Assembly (NCBI GenBank): GCA_044222185.1
Contig: JBGANV010000005.1
Location: 320,001 to 384,000, forward strand
Source: Planctomycetota bacterium
GTDB lineage: Bacteria > Planctomycetota > GCA-002687715 > CAIWVZ01
Length of the DNA stretch: 64,000 bases
Reading direction: 5' to 3'
Below, in pieces: positions 20,901 through 29,925 of the stretch. The position numbers and the translations under genes are program-made. The notes under the pieces were generated by a model. That model did no database searches. It was given only the letters and a program-made list of their open reading frames with translations, and was not told the DNA's origin. The stretch's first letter is position 1; the number at the start of each line of letters is the position of its first letter.

Positions 20901-21462
20901 CCGCGCTGTGCGCGGTCCCCGTTCCCGAGAACCCCGAGATGCGTTCCTTGGGCAAGTGATCGATGATCAGGTTGGCGTAGTCGTGCGTGCTGATGCCGAC
21001 GAACACGCCGACCTTCCGGCCGCGCAGCGCCGTGGGGGCGATTCCTGCGTCCTCGATCGCCTCCCAGGACGCTTCGAGCAGAAGCCGCTGCTGCGGGTCG
21101 ATCCACGCGGCCTCGCGCGGCGAGATGCCGAAGAAGAGCGGATCGAACTGATCGATGGTCGAAAGGAACGCGCCGCGGCGAGTCGCGATGCGGCCGGGAG
21201 CCGCGGGATCGGGGTCGAAGTGAGCGTCCGGATCCCAACGATCGGAGGGGACGTCGCTCGTGGCGTCCCGGCCCGCGCGGAGGAGTTCCCAGCATGCTTC
21301 CGGGTCGCCGACGCCCCCGGGAAGGCGGCACGCCATGCCGACCACGGCGACGGGCGCGTGCGCGGCCGATTCCAACTCGCGAATGCGGCGCTCGGCGTCC
21401 TTCAGACGCTGGAGCGCACGCGTCATGAGTTCGCGAACGTCGTCGGGCGGGGTCGAGTTCAC
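17908..21462 (-). CDS. Type I PKS, AT-less module KS-KR-ACP (1184 aa)
   Basis: KS DTACSSA/HGTGT/GHLESAAG. KR GGTGAVG, HAAGVLDDG, YAAAN. ACP LGLDSL. No GHSxG AT motif. GTG start overlaps the PKS1 stop (GTGA). N-terminal coiled-coil docking segment. Confidence 0.92.
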   Translation of the reverse strand: MNSTPPDDVRELMTRALQRLKDAERRIRELESAAHAPVAVVGMACRLPGGVGDPEACWELLRAGRDATSDVPSDRWDPDAHFDPDPAAPGRIATRRGAFLSTIDQFDPLFFGISPREAAWIDPQQRLLLEASWEAIEDAGIAPTALRGRKVGVFVGISTHDYANLIIDHLPKERISGFSGTGTAHSAASGRIAFTLGLTGPCLSVDTACSSALLAVHLACESLRRGECELAIAGGANVIASPISSLVFSQAQMLSPDGRSKAFSADADGYGRGEGCGVVVLRRAVDARAGGDRIRAEIVGSATNQDGASSGLTVPSGPAQAEVIRLALAAADVPPERISYVEAHGTGTALGDPIELNALGQVFGGRAPADRVVVGSIKTNVGHLESAAGIAGLIKVVLQLEQRQIAPHLHCARPTAHVDWNELPLRVPATLEPWKAPPGLRHAGVCAFSFSGTNVHVVLREAATAHVDGAADGPDVFTLAARTPEALRRWCGAIADHLTASPGVSTADACTSARRRSGAFKARVDVAVVDRSDLVAKLRALALGGEFPPPALADAPRGGGRVVSLPHHPFDRQRCWLDLAPSVVKPRHAPSATPSDHVYTLRWEILPPVTRGSANGLWVVAGGMGDEGAIIADGLRARGARAVRVAAGDPWPKAPVRGVVFCSALDGPTGVDADAHMDRQSLICGDLLAVMRQLADGGEGIRLVLVTHRAVAADAGDRIDVAGSTAWGLGRVTAAEYPTIDCRLVDVDVVTTPALLDEIVASGQESEVAIRGTKRFGPRLDRLTERADDDDGPFGRGPVIVTGGTGAVGLHLADHLAAQGVKRLVLVARSKLAPDAEVRVTELRGRGVRVEVRQADVVDAAAVRALFEWVRSAMGAITGVVHAAGVLDDGVIGEQTWKRFERVLAPKVAGTWNLHENAADSGVRMFLCVSSTAALLGSPGQANYAAANAFMHAVVHARRSVGLRSVVVDFGPWAGGGMAGRSLAAKQRFSDSGIRPLDPAEMCAALDRVLALDLPQAAVTSVDWTRLARSWQSAARMPVLRRLCTPSAATRPTDVSADFLAEIERLPDATRSVRVGGRVRELVADVLRAPAHALRPEQALGELGLDSLLAVELRNRIRSAIGASVALSDVAGDRTIAGLSDAVLSNLRAPQPLPATVDDALLREIENLTDAEARRLLESPPDDG

Positions 21463-24400
21463 GCAGGGCCTCCGGAGCGCGGCGCCGAGCCGCGATCGAG
21501 GAGAGCTTCTACCGCCGCCACCTGTGCGCGCAACGCGGCAGCGAGGTCGTCGATCGACGTGGACGCCGCGGGCGGCATCTCCGCCGGCTGCGCCACGGGG
21601 CGCGTCGCCGGAGCCGCCTGATCGATCCTGCGTTCGATGGCCTCGAGCAGGGACTCGACGTCCGGGTGGTCGAACAACAGCGTCGTTGCCAGGCGACAGC
21701 GCAGTTGGGATTCCAGCCGGTTGCGGAATTCGACGGCGAGAAGTGAGTCCACGCCCAGGTCCGCGAAACGCCGCGTGGGATCCAGCTCCAGCGGTTTCTG
21801 GAAACCGAGCACGCGACCGAGTTGCTCTCCGACGAAGCGATGGAGCAGTCGTCGACGATCGTCGCCGACGGCCGCGAGGACCTGCGCACCGAGCCCGTCG
21901 GCCGCAGGCGAGCCGCCCGCAGGCGCTCGCTCGCCGGCGACGGCGCCGTCGACGACCTCCAGGAGCGGCAGGATCGCGGGAGGCGCCGCGGAGCGCAGCC
22001 GGGTCCAATCGACGTCGAGCACGGCCACGTTCGCGGCATCGCCACCGATCACTCGAGCCATGGCGTCGAACGCCGCGGACGCGTCCAGCATCCCGATGCC
22101 GCTCGCCGAGAACCGGGCCCGGTTGCGATCGGCGACCGCGCTCGCCATTCCGCCGCCGCCGATGGGGCCGAACGCGACGGCCGTCGCCGGAAGCCCCGCG
22201 GTTGCGAACGCGGACGCCAGCGCATCGGCGGCAGTGTTCGCGCAGGCGTACGGCGCCTGGCCGGCCGAACCCAGGAGCCCGGACTGAGACGTGAAGACCA
22301 CGAGCGACTCCACCGGCTCGCCGCGAAGCGCGTCGCGCAGGTTCCAGAACCCGTCGATCTTCGAGGCGAGAACGGGGGGGAACCGCTCCGGGTCGAGCCC
22401 GACCAGCATGCCGTCGTCGACGACGCCGGCGAGGTGGAATGCGCCGACGATGGGGACGTCGCCCTTCAGCGCCGACATCTCCGTGATGAGTTTGCGGCGG
22501 TCGGCCACGTCGGCGACGACGACACGAACGACGACACCGCGGGCCCCGAGCGCGTCGATGAGAGCGCGGACCTCCGGCGCGGGTTCGCGACGCGCCACCA
22601 GCACGAGGCTCCGTGCGCCGCGATCGGCGAGCCACGTTGCGAGGCGCAGCCCCAGGCTGCCCGTCCCGCCGGTGATGACGTAGGCGCCGTCCGAACGTAC
22701 ATCACGCAGAGCGCCGGGCGACGACCCGGTCCGTTCGTCGAGCCGCAAGACCACCTTGCCCACCGAGCGACCGTGGGCAAACGCGCGCAGCACCTTCGGA
22801 GCGAGCGTCACGTCGCAAACCGTCACGCGCGGCGGAGCCCACTCTCCCCTCGCGAACCGATCGAGGAGCCGTTCGAGACGACGGCGCTGGAGGGCCGGAT
22901 CGCCCGCCGCGGCCTCCGCCTGCTCGACCACGTGGTAGGCGACGTCCGGGCGGACCTGCCTGGCCTTCTCGGGGCTCCAGATTCCGAGCTTGCCGATCTC
23001 GATGAACCGGCCCCGCGGTGCGAGGCAACGGAAGCTCGCATCGATCGCGTCCCCCGCGAGGCAGTTGAGCACGACGTTCACGCCGCGTCCGCCAGTGGCG
23101 GTGAGGATCCTCTGGCGGAAGGTCGTGTCGCGCGACGAGTAGACGTGTTCGATTCCCTGGCGGCGGAGAAGCGGGACCTTCGCCGCCGACGCCGTCGCGA
23201 GGACGATCGCGCCCGCGCGGCGCGCGACGGCGATGGCCGCCTGCCCGACGCCGCCGGCCGCCGCGTGGATCAAGACGGTCTCGCCCGATTTCAGCTGCGC
23301 CAACTCTTCCAACGCCACGACGGCCGTGAGGTACGTGGTCGGGATCGCCGCCGCGTCGGTGAACGACAACGCACCCGGAAGCGCGAACACCTGCGAACGG
23401 TCGACCGTCACTTCCGACGCCAGACATCCGACCGTCGACACCAGCACCCGGTCGCCGATCGCAACACCTGCGCATCCCGCGCCAACCTCGCTCACGACGC
23501 CCGCGGCCTCGTAACCAAGCGGTGCGCCCTCGGCTGACGCGATCCCGAGGGTTTCGTGGAATGGTCGCATGGACCCCAGCACCGTGAGGCCGTCGCGGAA
23601 GTTCAGACCAGCGGCCGCAAGCGTCACTCGGACCTCGCCGTCCCGCGGCGCTCGTCTGGGGACCGGCGCGAGGTGGAGGCCGTCGAAGTCACCGTAGGAC
23701 GAAAGTTGCAACCGCCATGGGCCGTCCGGCCGCTGGAGGCGGTCTCGGCCGGCCTTGGGAGCGCGCTCGAGACGAGGCGCGAAGCGCAGCCCGGCCCGAC
23801 GCGCGATCTGGCATCCGTCATCGGAGGCCAGCGCCTCGCGCAGCACGAGGCCAGCTTCGTCCTGTTCGACGAACGGATCCAGGTCCAGATGAAGGGGGAC
23901 GAGGTCCGGGTGCTCGTGGGCGACGACCGTCGTGAATCCCGCGAAGAGCGCGCCCTCGGGATCGACGACGGGCGTCACGTCGTCGACGGCCCTGGTGCCG
24001 CGTGTGACGAAGATCAGTCGTGCCGCGTCAGACCCCAGACGTGCGAGGGCACGCGTGGCGAGGGTCGCGATCGTGCAGAGCTCGCGACGGCGCGACGCAT
24101 CCGGCGCAGCGAAGGCGAACCCGCCGCCGTCGAGGCCCCGCAGGATCACGGCGCGCGCTCGCGGCGCCTGGATCGCGGCGAATTCTCCGATTGCCGAACC
24201 GATCCGCTCGAGATTCGCGCCCGCCGCGACCTCCGTGACGGCGGCGCCCCGCTCCCGTAGTTGCGTCGAAAGCCTGGTGCCCAGCCCGCTCGCATCGTCG
24301 ATCACGAGCCAGCTCTCGCCGTCGAGCTTCGCTTCGCCCGTCACCGCGGCGACTTCGTGCCAGCGGGTGAAGCGGACGAGATCCGTGTTTGCGGTCGCCG

Positions 24401-27400
24401 GCGGCTGGAAGCGCTCGCGCACCGCCGGCCGAAGCTTCAAGCCCGTCAGGGTGACGTCGCCGGAGCCGTCGCCCGCGACGAATGCGACGCGCGCCACGCG
24501 CACCGCCGAGTGAACCGTCGCCGAGTCCATGTCGACGCGGACGCGTGCACGCGATCCGAGATTGCCCCGCACCACGATGCTTCCGATCGAGATCGGCAGC
24601 CACGGCTGGGTCTCCTCCAGGCCCAACGCCGCGACGACGGTCTGCAAGCCGCCGTCCACGAGCGCCGGGTGAGCCGAAAACCCCGCCGGCGAGCCCGCCT
24701 CCGCGGGGAGTTCGAGGCGCGCATCGGAGGCATGCTGCGCCGTCGCGAGCTCGCGCACGGATCGGAAGGCCGGCCCGTACTCCAGTCCACGCGCCAGGAG
24801 CTCCCGGTCGAACGCCTCGAGATCACACGGAACGGCGTCCGTCAGACCGGTGAGTTCGGCGGTCCCCGCACCCACCGAACGGCTGATGCGTGCGCGCACG
24901 TGCGTCGTCCACGGCGATGGCTCGGAGCCTCCGATCGGCTGCGAGACGACGGCGACCTCGCGCTCGCCGCTCTCGAGGCGCCGCACGACGGTCTGTATCG
25001 TCGATTCGCCAGCGAGCCGAAGGGGTGCCTCGATGTTGAAGTCCTCGAGAACCACGTCGCCGGCACCATCGGTGCGACGCACGGCGGAGACGCACAGCTC
25101 GATGAATCCCGCGGCCGGAAACACCACCGCGCCGAAGACCCGGTGGTCGGCGAGCCAGCGCGGGCTCTCCCGCGAGACCGTGGTCGTGAACACGCGAACG
25201 TTCGCATCGATGGCGACGGATCGGATCTCGGTCCCGAGCAGATCCGCGGTCGCATCGGCCGCGGCGCCGCGAAGGGTCTGCCGTGGCGGGAACCAGAACC
25301 TCTCGCGCGCGAAGGGCGTCGTCGGCAGTGCGACGCGATGCCGCACCGGATCCCGGGCAACGCGCGCCCAGTCGACGGGCGCGCCTGCGAGGAACAGCCG
25401 CGCGCACGCATCCGCGACGTCGCCGCGATCGTCACCGGCGGTGCGGAGAGGCGAGATCCATCGGATGTGCGCGCCGCCGAGAAATGCCTTCGCCATGGAC
25501 GTGAGCGTGGGCTTCGGCCCGATCTCGACGGCCACCGTGGCACCCATCTCGGCCACCCGCTGCATGGCAGCATGGAAGCGCACGGCCGAACGGAGCTGCT
25601 CGAGCCAGTACTCGGGTGTCGCGAAGACCGACGCATCGGCGTCTGGCGCGGCGGTCGAGACGATGGGCGTCGTCGCGCGGCCAAACGAGACGGCTGACAG
25701 CTCGCGCCGGAACGGTTCGATCACCGGATCCATCAGCGGCGAGTGGAACGCATGCGAGACGTCGAGGCGGCGATTGGGCAGCCGGCGACGATCGAGCTCG
25801 AGAACGATCCGGTCGATCGCCTCGAGGCTTCCCGATACGACGACCGAGCGCGGGCCGTTCATCGCGGCGACGGCGGCGCGGTCGCGAAGCGGCTGAACGA
25901 GCGGGGCGACGTCCTCCAGGGCGGCCGACACGGCAACCATGGCGCCTTCAGGCGACAGCTGACGCATCAAGCGGCCACGCGCCGCCGCGAGTCGCAGCGC
26001 ATCCTCGATCGTGAAGACGCCGGCCCGCGCCGCCGCGGCGAATTCGCCGATGCTGTGCCCGAGCATCACCGAGGGCTCGATGCCGAAGCTCGCCAGCAGC
26101 TCGGCGAGTGACCACTCGAACGCGACGAGCGCCGGCTGGGTGATCTCGGTCGCGGATAGCTGGTCAGACCGGGCTCCCCACAGGAAATCCGTGAGTGGCG
26201 CCGGGATCTCGTTTCGAAGGATCCGGCTGCACCGCTCGATCGCGTCGCGAAACACCTCGAACGTTCGGTGAAGTTCGCGACCCATGGACGCGTACTGCGA
26301 CCCCTGCCCGGTGAAGAGCCATGCGACCTTGGGTGGCGTCGATGCCACGCACGCAGCGTCGTCGGATCCGGACGTGGAAGCCAGAGCCTGCATGAACGTC
26401 TGCAGATCGTGCTGGGACCGGACGACTCGCGCCGCTCGCACCGGCTGCGGGGCACGGCCTGCCGCGAGCGTGAAGCACGTCGCGCCGACGTCCACCGGGC
26501 CGCGACTCACGACTTCCAGGAGGTTCGATGCGGTGGTGCGGAGTCGATCGCGCGTGGGGGCGGAGACGACGGCGACGAACGGTCCCGCGTCGTCCGCCAC
26601 GGGCTGAGCCGCGGCGTCTGCCGGGGACTCACCGATGACGATGTGACAGTTCGTTCCGCTGAAACCGAACGAGCTGATGCCGGCGACGCGCGGCCCGCCG
26701 GACCCGGGCCAGGCGACTGTGGCGCGCGGGATCGCGATCGGCATGCGCGACCAGGCGATGTGCGGGCTGGGCTCTTCGCAATGGAGGTGCCCCGGGATGA
26801 CGCCATTTCCCACGACCTGGACCGCGCGTATGAACCCGGCGATCCCGGCGGCGGTCTCCAGGTGGCCCAGGTTCGTCTTCACGGACGCGACGAGGAGCGG
26901 CCGCCCCGGCGGGCGCGAATCCGAGAACACGGCGTCGAGCGCGTTGATCTCGATGGGATCGCCGAGCGCCGTCCCCGTGCCGTGGGCCTCGATGAATCCT
27001 ACGGCCGCCGGTGTCAGGCGCGCGTCCTCGAGGGCGGCGCGAATCAACCGTTCCTGGGCGATGCCGTTGGGCATCGTGAGTCCGCCGCTCGCTCCGTCCT
27101 GGTTGACGGCGGAACCGAGGATGACCGCGAGGACCGAATCGCCGTCGCGCCGCGCATCCGACAGGCGCTTCAAGTACACGAGGCCGCAGCCCTCGCCGCG
27201 ACCGTAGCCGTCGGCCGCGGCCGAAAACGTCTTGCACCGCCCGTCGGGCGCGAGCATGTTCGCTTGTGAAAGTGCGATCGACGACAGCGGGTCGAGCATC
27301 AAGCTGACGCCGCCCGCGAGCGCCGCGCGGCACTCGCCGGCGCGCAGGCTCCGCACCGCGAGATGGATGGCGACGAGTGAGCTCGAGCACGCGGTGTCGA

Positions 27401-28277
27401 GGGCGATCGCAGGACCCGTCAACCCGAGCGTGAACGCGATCCGGCCCGCGGCCGTCGAGAGTGCATTGCCCGTGGCGTAGTAGGTCGACACGTCCGGCGG
27501 CGCGCGGTTCGTCTGGGAATTGAAATACTCCGATTCGCGGAGTCCGATGAAGACGCCCGTCTCCGAGCCTGCGAGCGACGACGGGGCGTGACCCGAGCGC
27601 TCGATCGCTTCCCACGCGATCTCGAGGAGGAGGCGCTGCTGCGGATCGAGCTGCGACGCCTCGCGTGGGGAGATCTTGAAGAACGCGGCATCGAAGCGGT
27701 CGACACCGGCGATGAACCCGCCGGAGCGGCAGCAGGTCTTTCCGGGAGCGCCGCGGACGGGGTCGAAGATCGCCGCGACGTCCCAGCGGTCCGCGGGAAC
27801 GTCGACGATGCCGTCGCGCCCATCGAGCTGCATCTGCCAGAACGCCGACGGATCATCCGCGCCGCCGGGAAATCGGCACGCCATCCCGACGACGGCGACG
27901 GGATCGTCGACCAGTTGCGTGTTTGCGGGCGCGTCCTTCGCGGTCGACGGGTCCGGCGCGTTGCATCCCATGACGTCGGCGAGCGCGTCCGCGAGCTTCG
28001 CCGGAGTCGGGTAATCGAATACGAGCGTCGTGCGAAGCGCGGCGCCCGTGAGTGGCTCGAGGCGGGTCTTGAAGTCGACGGCTTGCGACGAGTCGAAGCC
28101 GAAGTCCTGGAACGTCCGCGCCGGATCGATGGCGTCCCCCTCGCGCATCCCGAGGAACGCCGTCATCTCGACGGCGAGCAGTCCCAGGATCCGCTCCCGT
28201 GCTGCGGCTGGCGCCAGTCCACGCAGAGACTCAGCCCACCGGGCTGCGGGGCTGGCGGATCCCGCTTCGTCCGTCAT
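21459..28277 (-). CDS. Type I PKS ACP-KS-AT(malonyl)-DH-ER-KR-ACP (2272 aa)
   Basis: N-terminal ACP FGFDS. KS DTACSSS/HGTGT/GHLETAAG. AT GHSIG and HAFH. DH HRVFGAVVFP. ER LIHAAAGGVG. KR GGTGSLG, VDD, YACAN. ACP LGVDSL. Confidence 0.95.
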   Translation of the reverse strand: MTDEAGSASPAARWAESLRGLAPAAARERILGLLAVEMTAFLGMREGDAIDPARTFQDFGFDSSQAVDFKTRLEPLTGAALRTTLVFDYPTPAKLADALADVMGCNAPDPSTAKDAPANTQLVDDPVAVVGMACRFPGGADDPSAFWQMQLDGRDGIVDVPADRWDVAAIFDPVRGAPGKTCCRSGGFIAGVDRFDAAFFKISPREASQLDPQQRLLLEIAWEAIERSGHAPSSLAGSETGVFIGLRESEYFNSQTNRAPPDVSTYYATGNALSTAAGRIAFTLGLTGPAIALDTACSSSLVAIHLAVRSLRAGECRAALAGGVSLMLDPLSSIALSQANMLAPDGRCKTFSAAADGYGRGEGCGLVYLKRLSDARRDGDSVLAVILGSAVNQDGASGGLTMPNGIAQERLIRAALEDARLTPAAVGFIEAHGTGTALGDPIEINALDAVFSDSRPPGRPLLVASVKTNLGHLETAAGIAGFIRAVQVVGNGVIPGHLHCEEPSPHIAWSRMPIAIPRATVAWPGSGGPRVAGISSFGFSGTNCHIVIGESPADAAAQPVADDAGPFVAVVSAPTRDRLRTTASNLLEVVSRGPVDVGATCFTLAAGRAPQPVRAARVVRSQHDLQTFMQALASTSGSDDAACVASTPPKVAWLFTGQGSQYASMGRELHRTFEVFRDAIERCSRILRNEIPAPLTDFLWGARSDQLSATEITQPALVAFEWSLAELLASFGIEPSVMLGHSIGEFAAAARAGVFTIEDALRLAAARGRLMRQLSPEGAMVAVSAALEDVAPLVQPLRDRAAVAAMNGPRSVVVSGSLEAIDRIVLELDRRRLPNRRLDVSHAFHSPLMDPVIEPFRRELSAVSFGRATTPIVSTAAPDADASVFATPEYWLEQLRSAVRFHAAMQRVAEMGATVAVEIGPKPTLTSMAKAFLGGAHIRWISPLRTAGDDRGDVADACARLFLAGAPVDWARVARDPVRHRVALPTTPFARERFWFPPRQTLRGAAADATADLLGTEIRSVAIDANVRVFTTTVSRESPRWLADHRVFGAVVFPAAGFIELCVSAVRRTDGAGDVVLEDFNIEAPLRLAGESTIQTVVRRLESGEREVAVVSQPIGGSEPSPWTTHVRARISRSVGAGTAELTGLTDAVPCDLEAFDRELLARGLEYGPAFRSVRELATAQHASDARLELPAEAGSPAGFSAHPALVDGGLQTVVAALGLEETQPWLPISIGSIVVRGNLGSRARVRVDMDSATVHSAVRVARVAFVAGDGSGDVTLTGLKLRPAVRERFQPPATANTDLVRFTRWHEVAAVTGEAKLDGESWLVIDDASGLGTRLSTQLRERGAAVTEVAAGANLERIGSAIGEFAAIQAPRARAVILRGLDGGGFAFAAPDASRRRELCTIATLATRALARLGSDAARLIFVTRGTRAVDDVTPVVDPEGALFAGFTTVVAHEHPDLVPLHLDLDPFVEQDEAGLVLREALASDDGCQIARRAGLRFAPRLERAPKAGRDRLQRPDGPWRLQLSSYGDFDGLHLAPVPRRAPRDGEVRVTLAAAGLNFRDGLTVLGSMRPFHETLGIASAEGAPLGYEAAGVVSEVGAGCAGVAIGDRVLVSTVGCLASEVTVDRSQVFALPGALSFTDAAAIPTTYLTAVVALEELAQLKSGETVLIHAAAGGVGQAAIAVARRAGAIVLATASAAKVPLLRRQGIEHVYSSRDTTFRQRILTATGGRGVNVVLNCLAGDAIDASFRCLAPRGRFIEIGKLGIWSPEKARQVRPDVAYHVVEQAEAAAGDPALQRRRLERLLDRFARGEWAPPRVTVCDVTLAPKVLRAFAHGRSVGKVVLRLDERTGSSPGALRDVRSDGAYVITGGTGSLGLRLATWLADRGARSLVLVARREPAPEVRALIDALGARGVVVRVVVADVADRRKLITEMSALKGDVPIVGAFHLAGVVDDGMLVGLDPERFPPVLASKIDGFWNLRDALRGEPVESLVVFTSQSGLLGSAGQAPYACANTAADALASAFATAGLPATAVAFGPIGGGGMASAVADRNRARFSASGIGMLDASAAFDAMARVIGGDAANVAVLDVDWTRLRSAAPPAILPLLEVVDGAVAGERAPAGGSPAADGLGAQVLAAVGDDRRRLLHRFVGEQLGRVLGFQKPLELDPTRRFADLGVDSLLAVEFRNRLESQLRCRLATTLLFDHPDVESLLEAIERRIDQAAPATRPVAQPAEMPPAASTSIDDLAAALRAQVAAVEALLDRGSAPRSGGPA

Positions 28278-28873
28278 GTCGCCGCCGGTGCGTCGCTGCC
28301 GGATCGGCGAGCCGAGACGGCGCCCGTGGTCCTGCGATCGACGATCGCGAGCGTCACCTCGCCCTGCGCGAGTCCGCCCGCGTCATCGCGGAACCGGCAG
28401 CTGGTCCGCAGGAAGATGAAACGCCCGCGACTGGAGACGTGGTCGATTCGGACCTCGCCGACGAATCGGTCCGGCGAAAGTTGCCGCTTGAAGACGCTGG
28501 AGAACTCGTGGATCAGCACGTCGGGAAGTTGGCGGCGACGGTACTCGTCGATCGTCATGTCGCTGAGCGACGGGACGAGCTTGCTCACCACGCATTGCGC
28601 CATCAGCACGTAGACGAGCTGGTTGTAGCAGATGTTGAATTCGACGGAGTTGAAGTGCCCCGTGGCGTCGATGTAGCAGGACTCGGGGATCGAGAACTCT
28701 CCGGACGCGCGCGCCAGCGCCACGGGGTCGAGCGTGAAGTCGTCGGGCTGGACGTGCGGAACGTCGACGACGGCCGAGCGCAGGTAGCGACACTCCGGGC
28801 GATAGGGCGCGAGGATCGACGCGAGGAGGTCGGGTTCGACCACGATCCGCGGACCATTGGGGGGGAGCGACAC
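28274..28873 (-). CDS. fcoT: FcoT/ScoD-family thioesterase (glycine Michael addition in isonitrile biosynthesis)
   Basis: FSIPESCYIDATGHFNSVEFNICYNQ signature of the FcoT (Rv0098)/ScoD family. GAGGTG RBS. ATGA overlap with PKS1. Confidence 0.88.
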   Translation of the reverse strand: MSLPPNGPRIVVEPDLLASILAPYRPECRYLRSAVVDVPHVQPDDFTLDPVALARASGEFSIPESCYIDATGHFNSVEFNICYNQLVYVLMAQCVVSKLVPSLSDMTIDEYRRRQLPDVLIHEFSSVFKRQLSPDRFVGEVRIDHVSSRGRFIFLRTSCRFRDDAGGLAQGEVTLAIVDRRTTGAVSARRSGSDAPAAT

Positions 28874-28881
28874 GGATCACC

Positions 28882-29739
28882 TCACTTCGGGTAGAACGGC
28901 AGGCCGTCGTAGATGCCGATGCGGAAGCTGACGCTGGGTTCTCCATGGAGGCTCGAGCCTGCCATGTGGAGAAGCGGGCGGTTGTCCCACAGGAGCACGT
29001 CGCCCGCACGCCACGTGTGCGTGTGCACGAACCGCGGCTGCTCCGCGAATGCCGTGAGCTGCGACAGGGCCTCCGTCGAGGCTTCGTGCGACAGCCCCGC
29101 GAAACCGACGGTGAATCCGGAACTGACGTAAAGACTCGGGGCGCCGGTGACGGGATGCCGGATGACCGTCGGGTGCGTCACGGGCGGAGCCATCTTCGTG
29201 AACTCCTCCATGAGTTCGAGGAGTGACTTGTCGACGTCACAGGGCTGAACCTTGTATCGCAGCTTGGCGTCGTGGATCGCCCGCGTGCCGTCGGCGAACG
29301 CGCGCAGCGCCGGTGGCAGTTCGCGATAGACGCGCGCCATGTCGATGTAACGGGTCTCGCGACGCGTTTCGGGCAGCGTGTGCGGATGCAGCATCGTCAG
29401 CGGCAGCGGGTCGTCGAAGAACTGGCAGTCGGTGTGCCAGTATCGGCCGGTGCCCGCAACGCCGATCTTCTTGCCGTCGAGCGGAACGTTGGCGGAGACG
29501 AAGACCTCGGGATGATCGGGGTGATGGTAGTTGGGCTGGAAGTAGATCTGCGGAGTCCCGAACTGCTTCGCGCAGGCGACGTACTCGGTCAGCGTCAGCG
29601 TCTGATCCCGAAAGACGATCAGCTTGTGCGCGTAGAGAGCGGCCTTCGCTTCCGCCAGCTCGGAGGCGGTCATCCGGCGGACGTCGACCCCGGTGATCTC
29701 GCTGCCGATGTCGTCTGGCGGTGGCGGTTGGATCCTCAT
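28882..29739 (-). CDS. scoE: ScoE-type Fe(II)/2-oxoglutarate isonitrile synthase (TauD fold)
   Basis: HxD (WHTD), WDNR..H and distal Arg (SFRI). The segment Y..P.Y.HP...E.FVS.NVP..GK.IGV..TG..WH.D matches ScoE as I recall it. Adjacent to fcoT. Confidence 0.85.
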   Translation of the reverse strand: MRIQPPPPDDIGSEITGVDVRRMTASELAEAKAALYAHKLIVFRDQTLTLTEYVACAKQFGTPQIYFQPNYHHPDHPEVFVSANVPLDGKKIGVAGTGRYWHTDCQFFDDPLPLTMLHPHTLPETRRETRYIDMARVYRELPPALRAFADGTRAIHDAKLRYKVQPCDVDKSLLELMEEFTKMAPPVTHPTVIRHPVTGAPSLYVSSGFTVGFAGLSHEASTEALSQLTAFAEQPRFVHTHTWRAGDVLLWDNRPLLHMAGSSLHGEPSVSFRIGIYDGLPFYPK

Positions 29740-29925
29740 GGACCTGTGCTTTCTCGTTGGTCTCGCGGGTCGGTCGATTGTAGGGGTTGGTCAGGGGCTC
29801 GGCGAGGGCCCGCGATGCGGTGGCCGAAGCGCGACGCATGCGCGTTCCACGGCGCCGTCGTGGTAGAACCCGCGCGCCGGCCCGGATTCGGGTGCGGCCG
29901 TCGTCGACCGCGCGGAGCCAGATCG
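29740..29925. promoter_or_regulatory. Divergent promoter region between scoE-like operon and acyl-AMP ligase
   Basis: 186-bp divergent intergenic region. Minus strand: TACAAT (29782-29777) with TCGCCG 17 bp upstream. Plus strand: TGGTAGAA at ~29861 resembling an extended -10. Confidence 0.45.

Noticed and set aside
7944-21621. Very long plus-strand ORFs (7944-10955, 13368-17252, 18595-21621) antisense to the NRPS/PKS
   Set aside because: Arg/Ala-rich shadow frames expected from high-GC codon bias. No motifs, and they overlap well-supported genes.
28882-29739. Plain taurine dioxygenase or Asn beta-hydroxylase call
   Set aside because: ScoE-specific segments and adjacency to FcoT and the acyl ligase fit isonitrile synthesis better.
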